From assembly GCA_037142195.1 (NCBI GenBank), contig JBAXBA010000044.1:1-28196 (forward strand): a stretch of 28,196 nt of DNA, written 5' to 3'. The notes under the pieces are model-generated. The model did no database searches. It saw only the letters and a program-made list of their open reading frames with translations, and was not told the origin of the DNA. The DNA is from Pseudomonadota bacterium (lineage in GTDB: Bacteria; Bdellovibrionota_B; Oligoflexia; Oligoflexales; CAIMVM01). The position numbers were made by a program, and so were the translations under genes. Below, piece by piece: positions 1 to 9,658 of the stretch (the first letter of the stretch is position 1; every line of letters starts with the position of its first letter).

Positions 1-426
1 TGCGGACCTTCTCGGTGCTCTCGCGCTTTAAAGGCGCTGCCTCACCAATACTTCCTTCCTAGAAGAGCGTCGCAGGCTTCCCAAGTTCAGTCGCACGTCT
101 TTGCAAACTCGCCAATATCTTTGACCCCGGTGCGCGCTTACAGATGGATTCGTCAGTTTGACCACCTGTCTGCTTTTGCCTGCTGGAAATCCCCAACTCC
201 ATCGGCACGCACAAAATGCTTTTTCGGGGCTACAATATTTACCCTTTCGGATTTCGGCTGAAGCGGACGCCCGCTTCAGTGCTCTAGGCACCCGGATGCT
301 TCTCTGTCTACGCTTCAATTCACTTGTCGCCTCCTGAACTGCAAGACTCGATATACGGTGGACCTGACTAATCCTTCCGCAGCGGGACTTTCACCCGCAA
401 GACATGCGCCACTTATCTTGGCGCAC
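1..426 (-). mobile_element. Group II intron, 5' part (domain I and most of domain II), truncated by the window edge
   Basis: The minus strand starts GTGCGCCAAG at 426 (GUGYG consensus). Basal domain I stem CCAAG (421-417) pairs with CTTGG (85-81). Contains a GGGTGAAAGTCCC hairpin. EBS1 loop UGGGGAU (195-189) is complementary to exon IBS1 ATCCCCA (433-427), and EBS2 GCAUUU (219-214) is complementary to IBS2 AAATGC (440-435). Confidence 0.9.
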
Positions 427-644
427 TGGGGATGGCATTTACAGTTCAGTCCAAAAAAAGGTTTCTTGTCCTTTTTTATTCTTCTTTACCAACTTCGTCG
501 AGATTGAAGCGTCAGCGAGTAAAATCAAGCTATCGTCACTCTCTAACTGACAGGCAAAGCCTCGAAAAAAAGTCGTCCATAGAACACGGTCTGGCAAAGC
601 TTAAATTTAATAATACTTATAAATCAATTATTGCTCCCAAAGCC

Positions 645-689
645 AAAAAGCCTCAAAAGCCTCAAAAGCCGCAAAAGCCGCAAAAGCCA
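645..689. repeat. Intergenic 9-bp tandem repeat (CAAAAGCCN x5)
   Basis: Read directly: aaaaagcct caaaagcct caaaagccg caaaagccg caaaagcca. Confidence 0.9.
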
Positions 690-747
690 GAACCAAATCA
701 AGGCGCAAGCCTCGATATTTAAAGCCCTTATTTTATTTTTTTTGAAC

Positions 748-774
748 TCAATAAAAACTGTGCCCTACCGATAA
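748..774 (+). promoter_or_regulatory. Putative sigma-28/FliA-type promoter
   Basis: TCAA-N15-ACCGATAA versus consensus TAAA-N15-GCCGATAA. Followed by GAGGTGG (806-812) and an in-frame TTG at 816. Confidence 0.45.
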
Positions 775-776
775 GA

Positions 777-2609
777 ATGCGGGATCAAGCTGCCCCAGAA
801 CCTTCGAGGTGGATTTTGAAAATATTCTTTAAAGCCACATTTATAAGAGAAAGACCGGTTTTTAGCACCGAGCTGGAATCACCAGATTACTTTCAACTTG
901 AAAAAATCAATTACGATCCCGTCCCGGCGCTATCCTGGAATCTTCTTAAAGACATTCTAGACAAGTTTCCTTTTATCCCAAGTCTTCCCGAACATCACAA
1001 GGCATTGGATTATAACTTTCTACAACTGAAACTTTTATCTGGCAAAAACTTTTTGTCCAGAATGAAACGGATAGAAGAAGACTTTTTTAGAATTAAACGT
1101 CAAAATGCCAGGGAAAATGCATCAGCTTTCATGGTACTTCAAAAAGAGTTTCTAAGGGAAATAAAAATCGAAATAGATACCCTCAGAATTATTGAGGAGG
1201 AGTGCCTAAAAAGCAATTTCCATTTCAAGCAAGCATTTTCCGAGAGAAGAGGCGTCACAAAGAAGCACCTGGAAAATCACCTAAAGGCTCTTGATCAATC
1301 TGCAAATTGGTTTGATAAAAAATTAGACGAACTTGAAAACGAACATAGCGCAGAGCTAGCTAGAGAACTTAAAAATCAAATCCTTCCCAGCTCAAGGGAA
1401 TCCATTCTACCTTCATCAAAAACGAGTTTAGTTGCTGTTCTCGAGGCTTTTCCTTCAGCTGACGCTACTAAGCTGGGGATTGCTCTGCGAAAAATATATA
1501 GGTATATGGTTCAAGACTTCGATCACTTTCAACCGACCCAAAAGTGTTTGCTTAAAAAGAGCGAGTTGCACTTTGAAAGACCTGTATTTCAAAAGTCTCT
1601 CTTTCAAAGCGAGATCTTTGATCAAAGTCTCTGGAAACAATTAAGTCATTTTTCTGAAGCATTACAGAAAACATCTTCTGTTCCTTTTCCCAATCCTGGC
1701 GCATTAGCATTTCGCTCAGCCAATATTAAGAATCACAGTACTTCTTCTTTTTTGGAGTCACTTGAAAAATCGACACGATTCGACTTCCAAACGGCACCTC
1801 CAAATCTTCTAAAGGACGCCAAATTTATTGCGGGAATTCGCGCCTTTTCCGTCGCGAAGAACCAAGAAATGGCTTTAAATGGGAATCAAATCCCTGTTCA
1901 TCACGGGAACAATTCTGAAATATCATCCTCAATTTTCGGGTCCATTTCTAAGATTAAATTCGACGTTCCAAAGGAAGCGGCTTCCCTATCAGCCCCGCAG
2001 CAAAGAAGGAACCCATTTCAAAAGTGGAGTGATGCTTCCTATCCTAAGAATGAGGAGTGTGAGGACTTGATCGCAAGACTTGAAGACCAAAAAAGAGAAT
2101 TTGCAGACCACTTCAAAATACAGGAATTCTATCCGCCAGCTTTCGCGGCTTATAGGCCTAAAGCAGCTGGCAAGTCAGCAGCAAAAGAAAATACCCCAGC
2201 TCGAGCCTCAAATTCTGGGTTAGAAAGCACTCACAAGGAAAGTGCAGAAGAAGCCGCTTCTGAATCCCTGAGTCTCTCAAATCCTATACCTAAAGAGCAA
2301 ATAAACGTTGATTTTGCTAAAGATACCACAAAATCTCTTTCTCTCTATAGCCGCTCACTCATCAATCAGCCGGAAGATCATTTCTACCCCGTTATGGAAG
2401 TAAAGTGGGCCCGCTTCACAGTTAAACAGGCACAATGGGTACCAGAGGAAGCAAGTGCAGTGCCTTTAGACAACTACAAAGAAAATCAAAACATAAGTCA
2501 GAAGCGAGTGAATTGGGGTGAAAGAATTGAGAGCAACGTTACAGAAAATTCAAATGATGGAAAAGAGTCGACACGAAAAATTACGTTCCGAAAAAAGCTC
2601 GGAGCGTGA
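777..2609 (+). CDS. Hypothetical protein with N-terminal coiled-coil and Ser/Glu-rich C-terminal half; true start may be TTG at 816
   Basis: 610-codon ORF with no recognisable motif. It converges on surE with a 6-nt gap. Confidence 0.7.
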   Translation: MRDQAAPEPSRWILKIFFKATFIRERPVFSTELESPDYFQLEKINYDPVPALSWNLLKDILDKFPFIPSLPEHHKALDYNFLQLKLLSGKNFLSRMKRIEEDFFRIKRQNARENASAFMVLQKEFLREIKIEIDTLRIIEEECLKSNFHFKQAFSERRGVTKKHLENHLKALDQSANWFDKKLDELENEHSAELARELKNQILPSSRESILPSSKTSLVAVLEAFPSADATKLGIALRKIYRYMVQDFDHFQPTQKCLLKKSELHFERPVFQKSLFQSEIFDQSLWKQLSHFSEALQKTSSVPFPNPGALAFRSANIKNHSTSSFLESLEKSTRFDFQTAPPNLLKDAKFIAGIRAFSVAKNQEMALNGNQIPVHHGNNSEISSSIFGSISKIKFDVPKEAASLSAPQQRRNPFQKWSDASYPKNEECEDLIARLEDQKREFADHFKIQEFYPPAFAAYRPKAAGKSAAKENTPARASNSGLESTHKESAEEAASESLSLSNPIPKEQINVDFAKDTTKSLSLYSRSLINQPEDHFYPVMEVKWARFTVKQAQWVPEEASAVPLDNYKENQNISQKRVNWGERIESNVTENSNDGKESTRKITFRKKLGA

Positions 2610-2615
2610 TACCGT

Positions 2616-3365
2616 TTAGAGATTCATTTGTGCCATCAGCTGGCGAGTGGAGGCTTCGTCATAAAGACTAGGTTTTAGAATGGAAATGGTAGCAAACCCC
2701 TGTTTGATTTCTTGAAGATCTGTACCTGGCTCTGGCGCAAAGGGGCCATTTCCTCCCCCAAGCCAGAAATAGGCTCTCCCTCTGGGATCTATGGATTCAA
2801 TAATGGGTTCATCGACCTGTCTTTGTCCTACACTGGTAATTTTAATGCCTTTAATCGGGCCTGAATCTGGAACATTCAAATTGATGGTGAGGCCTTGGAA
2901 ATTTTGAAATTTCGGGTCCATGATCGTAGTTTTTGCGAGATCGGCAGCATGGGAATAGTCGGAGCTTTTAGAATGGTTGTTAAGAGAAACCGCTAAAGTT
3001 TTGGTTTGGTATAAGGCAGCCTCAAGGGCAGCGGCACAGGTTCCTGAATAAAGGGTGTCATTACCGAGGTTGGCGCCACGATTGATTCCAGAGACAACCC
3101 AATCTGGCTTCCGGGGAAGAATTTTGTGAAATGCGACTTTGACACAGTCAGCAGGTGTACCTTCAACGGCGAATTCTTGGTCCCCTAATTTTTCGACAAA
3201 CAATGGGTAGTGGATGGTGATAGCATGACTGTTCGCCGATCGTTCCATGTGAGGCGCGACTACCCATAGGTCAGCGATACTTGCCAAGGCTGCCCAAAGT
3301 GCCTTAAGCCCAGGAGCATGAATGCCGTCATCGTTAACTAAAAGTATCAAAGGTTTTGATGTCAT
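2616..3365 (-). CDS. surE: 5'/3'-nucleotidase SurE
   Basis: Motifs ILLVNDDG, VVAP..RSANSHAIT, GTPADCV, VSGINRGANLG, YSGT. Start reset to the ATG at 3365, just after the gltG-like stop. Confidence 0.95.
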   Translation of the reverse strand: MTSKPLILLVNDDGIHAPGLKALWAALASIADLWVVAPHMERSANSHAITIHYPLFVEKLGDQEFAVEGTPADCVKVAFHKILPRKPDWVVSGINRGANLGNDTLYSGTCAAALEAALYQTKTLAVSLNNHSKSSDYSHAADLAKTTIMDPKFQNFQGLTINLNVPDSGPIKGIKITSVGQRQVDEPIIESIDPRGRAYFWLGGGNGPFAPEPGTDLQEIKQGFATISILKPSLYDEASTRQLMAQMNL

Positions 3366-3370
3366 AGGCT

Positions 3371-5506
3371 TCAAATAGGATTGAATACGAATGGATAATC
3401 CACATTTACAGCCTGGCCTCCACGAGGTCTTGGGAAGTTCCAAGTCCTGATCTTGCCAACGATACATCCTTGCATTTGAGCATCGGAAATACTGGAATTA
3501 GTAACTGAGGCTGAATTCACTCTTCCAGATTCACCCACTACAAATTTCACCTGTACTTTACCAGCAGAAGAAGGTGATCTTTGAAGAAGTTGCTCATAGC
3601 AATGTCTGATCTCATTAAGATGGGAGCGAATTACCGCAGAGACTTCTTGTTGAGTAAGACCACCGTCCACACCAGGTGCACCACCTTCGCTCACATTCAC
3701 GTTGATCTTGCCGCGTCCTGCTCCCGATCCAAAAGCTCCGCCTCCCGAACCACCGGTACCACCTTGGCCTGAAAGAAGACCTCCGGTTCCACTCCCGAAA
3801 TTATTGGCTGCACCATCGGTGCCGCCTAAACCAAGAGATCTGCCGGTACCTACGCCGCCACCCATTCCTAGGGTTTTCGCACCAGATCCCATGCCTCCTC
3901 CGGCTCCGCCGGCAGAGTTTTGGAAATTCGTCATAATAGCGCCCGGAGACGTCTTGTTAAGTACTTTTCCTGCTCCCAGTCCCAGACTTGAAAGATTTAC
4001 ACCTGAAGTCTTCTTGTTATTTACGTCCTCAACACCTTTCGCACTCGCAGCATCCGTTCCTTTGCGCGCAGCACCAGCAGTTGGATTTCCGCCACCCTTA
4101 GGGCCTCCAGATGCACCCACTGCTTTGTTGGGCTGAACTTGCCCCGCAGCCTTGTTATTTGCAGGCTGATTCGTTTTAGCTAAACCTGAATCTGCTTTTT
4201 CAGCAGGTGGATTTACCTTATTCACCGGAGACGGTGGCTTCACAATTTCGGCTGCAATGTTTTTCTTCGGCTCTTCTACAGGTTTTTCTACCGGTTTCAT
4301 TTGTTTAGGCTTCTCTTCCACAACCTTTGGTTCTGCCGGCTTGGGTGGCTTCGGCAAAGGTTTCGGTGGCTGCTGAACCTCAGGAGGCTTCTCTTTTTCA
4401 ACAATTTCTATCTTCGGTTTCGGTGGTGGGATGACCTTTTCAATGGGCTTTGGCTTTTCAGGAAGATTCACCACTGCCCAAGGATCGTCTTTCTCATCAT
4501 GAGGGTTCGAGGGTTTTCCTAGCAAGAGCACGGGAACTAGAGCAAGCATCAGCAATGCCGCTGTTGTCATTAAAAAGAAAACCAGTGGATCCACCGCGCG
4601 CCGCTTAATCAATTCTAGTGCTGGCGGACGCACAAACAAAATAAAATAGCTTACGGGACCATACTTTACCTGAGCGATATCTCTTTGCCCAAGGGTGTAC
4701 TTTCCTTCTTCCACCTTGTCTACTTTACCTGCTCGACGAAGTCGTGCCTTCATCCCTGACTTTAAGTAGACCCGGTAGCCATCTTTAGCGACTTTTGCCA
4801 ACGCATAGGACGACAAATCTTCTGGGCCAGCAGCAATAAAATGATCTTTAGGCGGCGTACCAATTGTAGCTACTTGAGAGGTCGAGTTCAAATCGTAATG
4901 CTCAACTTCCAAAACCGTATCACCCCAATAAGCCACTACTTCTAATACATCTCCGCCAGCTTTGGCATCTCGATTGACAAAAAGACGTTGAGCTTTTTCC
5001 GCCTCTGTTTCCTCTTTTGGAACATCTCTATTCCGGTCGCCCGCCAGATAATCAGGTCCTTTTTCATCTTTTTTTACTGCAATTTCTGTCTTTGAGCCAA
5101 ATTTTGTGGGCGAGGTATCAATATCCGCAATTTCTCTCGACGTCGGCACTTGGGAAGGACTTTTGTTTGCTTGGGCAGAGACTGATGGTGGTGGGGGAGG
5201 AGTCACTACGGTGGGCCTAAATTTCTCAAACACCAATTGATGAGTGCCTATTTTAATCGAGTCACCATCATTTAAGTTTGTATCTACATCAATCTTTTTT
5301 TGGTTCACAAAAATGCCGGATTCGGAACCTAAATCTGAAATGCGCCAACCGCCCGCCTCTGTTTGCTCAATAATCCCGTGAACAGCTTCAGAATTTGGCA
5401 ATACGATTTTATTAGAGGCGAGTCTACCTATAGTTAATGTCGGTTCATCCAGAGCCCTCAATTGAGGGAGTTTGCCTTCTAAACTATATTTGAGAACAAA
5501 ATCCAT
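3371..5506 (-). CDS. gltG: GltG/PglI-like protein: FHA-like domain, TM, Pro/Lys-rich and Gly-rich linker, TonB-C-like (AgmX/PglI C-terminal) domain
   Basis: N-terminal TIGR..DLGS..G.FVN, LEVVAYWGDTVL, a single TM, a Gly-rich stretch and C-terminal IRHCYE..GKVQVKFVV..FPRP..V.YPFVF. ATG at 5506 with AGGA RBS. Confidence 0.85.
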   Translation of the reverse strand: MDFVLKYSLEGKLPQLRALDEPTLTIGRLASNKIVLPNSEAVHGIIEQTEAGGWRISDLGSESGIFVNQKKIDVDTNLNDGDSIKIGTHQLVFEKFRPTVVTPPPPPSVSAQANKSPSQVPTSREIADIDTSPTKFGSKTEIAVKKDEKGPDYLAGDRNRDVPKEETEAEKAQRLFVNRDAKAGGDVLEVVAYWGDTVLEVEHYDLNSTSQVATIGTPPKDHFIAAGPEDLSSYALAKVAKDGYRVYLKSGMKARLRRAGKVDKVEEGKYTLGQRDIAQVKYGPVSYFILFVRPPALELIKRRAVDPLVFFLMTTAALLMLALVPVLLLGKPSNPHDEKDDPWAVVNLPEKPKPIEKVIPPPKPKIEIVEKEKPPEVQQPPKPLPKPPKPAEPKVVEEKPKQMKPVEKPVEEPKKNIAAEIVKPPSPVNKVNPPAEKADSGLAKTNQPANNKAAGQVQPNKAVGASGGPKGGGNPTAGAARKGTDAASAKGVEDVNNKKTSGVNLSSLGLGAGKVLNKTSPGAIMTNFQNSAGGAGGGMGSGAKTLGMGGGVGTGRSLGLGGTDGAANNFGSGTGGLLSGQGGTGGSGGGAFGSGAGRGKINVNVSEGGAPGVDGGLTQQEVSAVIRSHLNEIRHCYEQLLQRSPSSAGKVQVKFVVGESGRVNSASVTNSSISDAQMQGCIVGKIRTWNFPRPRGGQAVNVDYPFVFNPI

Positions 5507-5566
5507 ATTTAATCCTGCAAAATGGCTCAAGTTAATTATACATCGGCCGCGTGAAATTGTGAGCTA

Positions 5567-6520
5567 TTAGCCGCCGAGTTTTTCAAGAATTTTGTAGGCA
5601 TCGTCGTCCCAACGCGCAGGACCACCTTCAAGCTTCACCGCTTTGGTCACCAGATCTTTGGCTTTAACTTTATCTCCCTTGTTTTGAAGGAAAAACAAAC
5701 CACAATTGAATAGTATCGTCTTGTTGTTGCTATGCTTCGCCAGAAGACGAGAACAAATCCCCTCTGCTCGGGCGTCATCCCCAAGATTTCGCACTGCAAC
5801 CAAAACTCCGCTTTGGGCATACCAATCATCTCCCAGCGGCTCCAAATTCGTCCGTGCTCCCTCAAAATCACCATATTTCAAAGAAATAAAGCCAAGGTTG
5901 AAGAGTGCAGCCGGGTAGTTTGAACTTGCTTTTAAAGATTCTTTAAAGAGTGCTGCAGCGTCTGGAATGTCGCCGGCGGTAAGTGCCATGACTCCTTGCG
6001 CATTAAATACTCCTGCCCGAATCTTCGGGTTCTTTGAGCTTGAAAGCTGATTCAGATAGAGTCTTGCAAAACCAGCATTCTTAGCCTGTACAGCAGCCAA
6101 TGCGAGCTCTAACTTAAAGGTTTCTGAAAGGTCATTTTCAACGCCTTTTTTAAGTTCTTCAGCAACCATAGCCTTAGCTTTGCTAATCACCTGCTCGAGG
6201 CCGCCGCTTGTTAATCTTTGTGCATAGAAAGACGTCTGAAGCTCCGTTAGACTCTTGGCTTCAGCCCCGGCTAATGCAGCAGCTGCTTCTCTATTCACCC
6301 TTCGACTTGTAAAGCCTGAATTACTTAAGCTCGTTACCATAGTCGAACCATACTTTTTGGACCCGCTTGAACTGAGAATTTCCCCCTCGCTCGATGCCGA
6401 AGCTGCATTCTCTGCAGCCTCTTTTTTTGCTGCCGGGTCCACAGATTCCATTTTGGGTTTGCTACCGGTCGCACAAGACAGTTCGTAGAAAATAATTATG
6501 ATGAGAGTCAGTAGTTTCAT
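5567..6520 (-). CDS. gltE: GltE/AglT-like TPR lipoprotein
   Basis: Hydrophobic leader ending LSC, TPR-like repeats (NAQGVMAL, ALFNLG), located between the gltD- and gltG-like genes. Confidence 0.7.
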   Translation of the reverse strand: MKLLTLIIIIFYELSCATGSKPKMESVDPAAKKEAAENAASASSEGEILSSSGSKKYGSTMVTSLSNSGFTSRRVNREAAAALAGAEAKSLTELQTSFYAQRLTSGGLEQVISKAKAMVAEELKKGVENDLSETFKLELALAAVQAKNAGFARLYLNQLSSSKNPKIRAGVFNAQGVMALTAGDIPDAAALFKESLKASSNYPAALFNLGFISLKYGDFEGARTNLEPLGDDWYAQSGVLVAVRNLGDDARAEGICSRLLAKHSNNKTILFNCGLFFLQNKGDKVKAKDLVTKAVKLEGGPARWDDDAYKILEKLGG

Positions 6521-6528
6521 AGGTTATC

Positions 6529-9500
6529 CTATTGCAGCTTATTGGCTATAATCATGGGCACCTCGCCCCCTAGAAAATCAGGTAAAACCACCCAGTCTTG
6601 AAATGCTAGATTGCCAGCTTTGGAACGTTGCAGGGACGCCGCAAGAAGCGCCGTATAATCACTGTAAACCCCAAACTTCTTAGCGGTTGACTGAGCGTTA
6701 GAGTAGAACTCAAGAGCCTTTTTAAGTGCGTTTTCAGATAAGGGAGCTAACTGTTTTTTTACGTCCTCCAAAGAGGCTCCATTGATCGCCGGAGGATTTG
6801 CAAGTTGCTTTCCAAGCTGCTCATAAGCGTACCCAATTTGGTGAAGGGCAGCCACCCCCCAATAAGAATCTCGCACTTTACTGACTTCGAGGTAGGCATT
6901 TTCCAATTGCGCCAAGGCATTTGACTTAACTTCAATGGATTTTTGCATCACCGGGACAGTGCCGCCTTTTAAAGTCAACCCTAGGTATCTTGTAATTCCA
7001 AGATTGGCGTTGTTGAATACAATTTCTCCTACATAACGTAGATTAGATCCTTCTGCCTTACCGCCAGCCGCCTTAAAGTCAGAAAGCACCATTTGGCCAT
7101 ACTTTAAAGCTTCAGGGCTTTTTTTGCCCAGAGCTGAATAAATACGATAATGCGCCGTGATATTTTGGGCAGAGCTCAGTTTATACTTGGGCAGGTAGTT
7201 TTGTACGTAAATTTTCACCATTTCATCATATTTTTTTGCGAAATAAAGCGACTCTAGAAGCTCTTCGACCGAGGCTAAAGATGCTTCCTTTGAGTACCGA
7301 GCCACGTCCAAACAAGAGTTCAATGCAGACTCAGGCGCCAATGCAATGCGGAGAATACAATTTCTTTGAACAGCACCGCCAGCCTCTTTACTTTTGGGGA
7401 ACTGATTAGCAAACGCAGCATAATATTTAATAGCTGAAGCGTGCTCCATCCGTTTGTCGTAGATTTTGGCTAACTGCAAGTAAACTTCTTCATTTTGCTC
7501 AAATTTTGGATATTTTTCCAAGATGGCTGTATAGGCGATAATAGCTTTGTCAACCTCACCCGCTTTAAGAAAATCTACCGAAGCGTTATAGAGATACTTA
7601 GGCGCATCTTTACGAGATTTGTATTTTTCAGCTTGCTTCATCCATCCTTCGCCCCGCTTCAGCGCGTCTTTCTCGGAAGCAACCGATTCTACTTCTGCGC
7701 CCTGAAGAAGCTCACCAAGTTTCACCCCTAAATCACCCTTTTGATAGTTCGGATTTGCGGAAAGCTTTTTAGCTGCCAGCACCAATCCTTTCTTATCATC
7801 TTTATAGAGAGGAATGATATTTTCGACAGCCACTTTCCCTTCGGGATCAGCGGAATATTTATTTGCGACTAGCCAAAGATATGGAAGGGCCTTCTTCTTA
7901 TTATTGGTTCTATAGTAGATCTCGGCAGTATACACTTCACAATTCTTTACAATTTTTTTGTCGTCAGGATACATCTTCATATAGGTGCCACATGCTTTTA
8001 GAAAATTCTGAGCACGCATCGAGATAGGCTTTGTAGGCTTTCCGGGAGCAGGAACTTCCTTTAGAAGAAGCTTCAATTCAGGATCAAAGTCCTTGCTAAA
8101 GGCATCCAGCATGTATTCTGCTGATTTTTTATGAACATTTTCCGCAGGAGCGCCTTTTTCATTGTAGATAACGGCTTTATCTGCCCCGAGCATAGCGAGT
8201 TCTAGATATATTTTGCCGGCATCACGATATTTTTTTTCAAAGAACAAAATATCTGCCAAATTGTATTTGACCTCTACAACCTCTTTAGACTTGGGAAAAG
8301 CCTTCAAAAAAAGTTCATATCCATATCGGGCTTGGGCAAATTGACTTGCATTGTCTGATGCCTGGGCTTTTTTGTGGGACAACTTCGCATAATATAGCAT
8401 TTGGTCGCGAATCGTCAGCTGAACTTCTAACACCTTTTTTCTGTCGTTTTTCGCTGCCCATGGGCTTGATTCTGAAAACATTTGTGGAAAACGCTCCAGC
8501 TCCGTCCATACTGCCTTCATTTGACCAAGCTCATAAGATAGAGAAATAATTTCCACTTGAGCATCTGGGCTTTCGGAACTATAGGGCGCCACTTTTTGCA
8601 ATCGGCGATAGGCATCAATCGACTTAGCATACTTACCTTGGTCAGAATAGGTATTAGCCAGCAACTTCAAAAATTGACCCACAAATTCCTGGCCCCCATT
8701 TGCATTAAAATAGGAGATTGCCTGTTCAACGTCGCCAAGTTCTGCAAAGGCATAAACCATATCTCGTAAGGTTTCTTCCTTGAGTGCTAAATTTGATTTT
8801 GATGGATTGACTCGGGTATAAGTAACAGTTTTCTTCCATGAATCAAGGGCCTGACGATATTGCCCCAAGTTATAATAGGACCAACCTGACTTAAATAGTG
8901 CGAATGAGTACCGGCTCGACTTCCGAAACTTTAAGGCCGAACCGTAGTTGTTTAGCGCATTTCTAAAATCGAGTTTATCAAAATAGTAATCACCTAACGA
9001 GCAATAGGCGTCTCCTGAAACAGGTGAGTTAGGATATTTCTGAATAAGCTGAGAAAAGGCTTTTGCCGATTCTTGCTCACGATTCAAAAACTGGAGCGCA
9101 AGTGCATAGTTGAATGCAACTATATCCGCTGATTTCCCTTTGGGGTACTCTTGTAAAATTCGCTCGGCAATGCCAGCAACTTTGTTCCAATGAGCTATCG
9201 ACTGGCTAGAATCGAGTTTAGGTGCTGTCCCACGACTCCCACCTTTTTCCCAAGCTTCAAACTCCTGATCATAGCGACGACTTTCTTGACTAGATAGGTA
9301 TGCCGCTTGCTCTAAGCTTAGATTCAATACCTTTTCTAGAACATCAGCTCTTTGAGCTGACTTCTTGGGCAGACGTTCACCAGTTGTCTCCAAGATGGAG
9401 ATTGTTTTATTTATATTAACAATTAGCTTTTCTTCAATCTTCGAAGCATAGAGTTCGGATTGATCAAACGTGGGCTCCTTCTTTTTAGAATTGGCGCCCT

Positions 9501-9636
9501 TTGCGTTCTGCACGCGCTTTCTTTCAACGACACTGACCGATCTTTCCTTATGGTCTGTTTCTGCAGCTTTCGCGTAATTCGACAGCCCGAGACAGAAAAC
9601 TAAGCAGAAAGCCAAAGATGGAAATAGGAAGGTCAT
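6529..9636 (-). CDS. gltD: GltD/AgmU-like large periplasmic TPR protein
   Basis: 1035 aa with a signal peptide and many TPR/YfiO-like repeats (YP.S, LGDYYFD, ALFKSGWSYYNLG). GGAG RBS and operon context. Confidence 0.8.
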   Translation of the reverse strand: MTFLFPSLAFCLVFCLGLSNYAKAAETDHKERSVSVVERKRVQNAKGANSKKKEPTFDQSELYASKIEEKLIVNINKTISILETTGERLPKKSAQRADVLEKVLNLSLEQAAYLSSQESRRYDQEFEAWEKGGSRGTAPKLDSSQSIAHWNKVAGIAERILQEYPKGKSADIVAFNYALALQFLNREQESAKAFSQLIQKYPNSPVSGDAYCSLGDYYFDKLDFRNALNNYGSALKFRKSSRYSFALFKSGWSYYNLGQYRQALDSWKKTVTYTRVNPSKSNLALKEETLRDMVYAFAELGDVEQAISYFNANGGQEFVGQFLKLLANTYSDQGKYAKSIDAYRRLQKVAPYSSESPDAQVEIISLSYELGQMKAVWTELERFPQMFSESSPWAAKNDRKKVLEVQLTIRDQMLYYAKLSHKKAQASDNASQFAQARYGYELFLKAFPKSKEVVEVKYNLADILFFEKKYRDAGKIYLELAMLGADKAVIYNEKGAPAENVHKKSAEYMLDAFSKDFDPELKLLLKEVPAPGKPTKPISMRAQNFLKACGTYMKMYPDDKKIVKNCEVYTAEIYYRTNNKKKALPYLWLVANKYSADPEGKVAVENIIPLYKDDKKGLVLAAKKLSANPNYQKGDLGVKLGELLQGAEVESVASEKDALKRGEGWMKQAEKYKSRKDAPKYLYNASVDFLKAGEVDKAIIAYTAILEKYPKFEQNEEVYLQLAKIYDKRMEHASAIKYYAAFANQFPKSKEAGGAVQRNCILRIALAPESALNSCLDVARYSKEASLASVEELLESLYFAKKYDEMVKIYVQNYLPKYKLSSAQNITAHYRIYSALGKKSPEALKYGQMVLSDFKAAGGKAEGSNLRYVGEIVFNNANLGITRYLGLTLKGGTVPVMQKSIEVKSNALAQLENAYLEVSKVRDSYWGVAALHQIGYAYEQLGKQLANPPAINGASLEDVKKQLAPLSENALKKALEFYSNAQSTAKKFGVYSDYTALLAASLQRSKAGNLAFQDWVVLPDFLGGEVPMIIANKLQ

Positions 9637-9658
9637 TTTTTTACTCCAATTTAGCGAT

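Noticed and set aside
28..318. 96-aa minus-strand ORF
   Set aside because: It lies within structured intron domains I-II, has no RT motifs and is best explained as a chance ORF.
645..689. Possible CRISPR array
   Set aside because: The units are 9 bp with no spacers, and there are no cas genes in the window.
432..722. 96-aa ORF with PQK repeats
   Set aside because: Its ATG sits in the intron-binding flank with no RBS, and the repeats only reflect the 9-bp DNA repeat. Coding is unsupported but not excluded.
3702..4136. 144-aa Pro-rich plus-strand ORF
   Set aside because: Antisense shadow of the Gly-rich linker of the gltG-like gene.
5536..5570. GCCGATGT sigma-28-like -10 element upstream of the gltG-like gene
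   Set aside because: No matching -35 element at the 15-nt spacing, so too weak to call.
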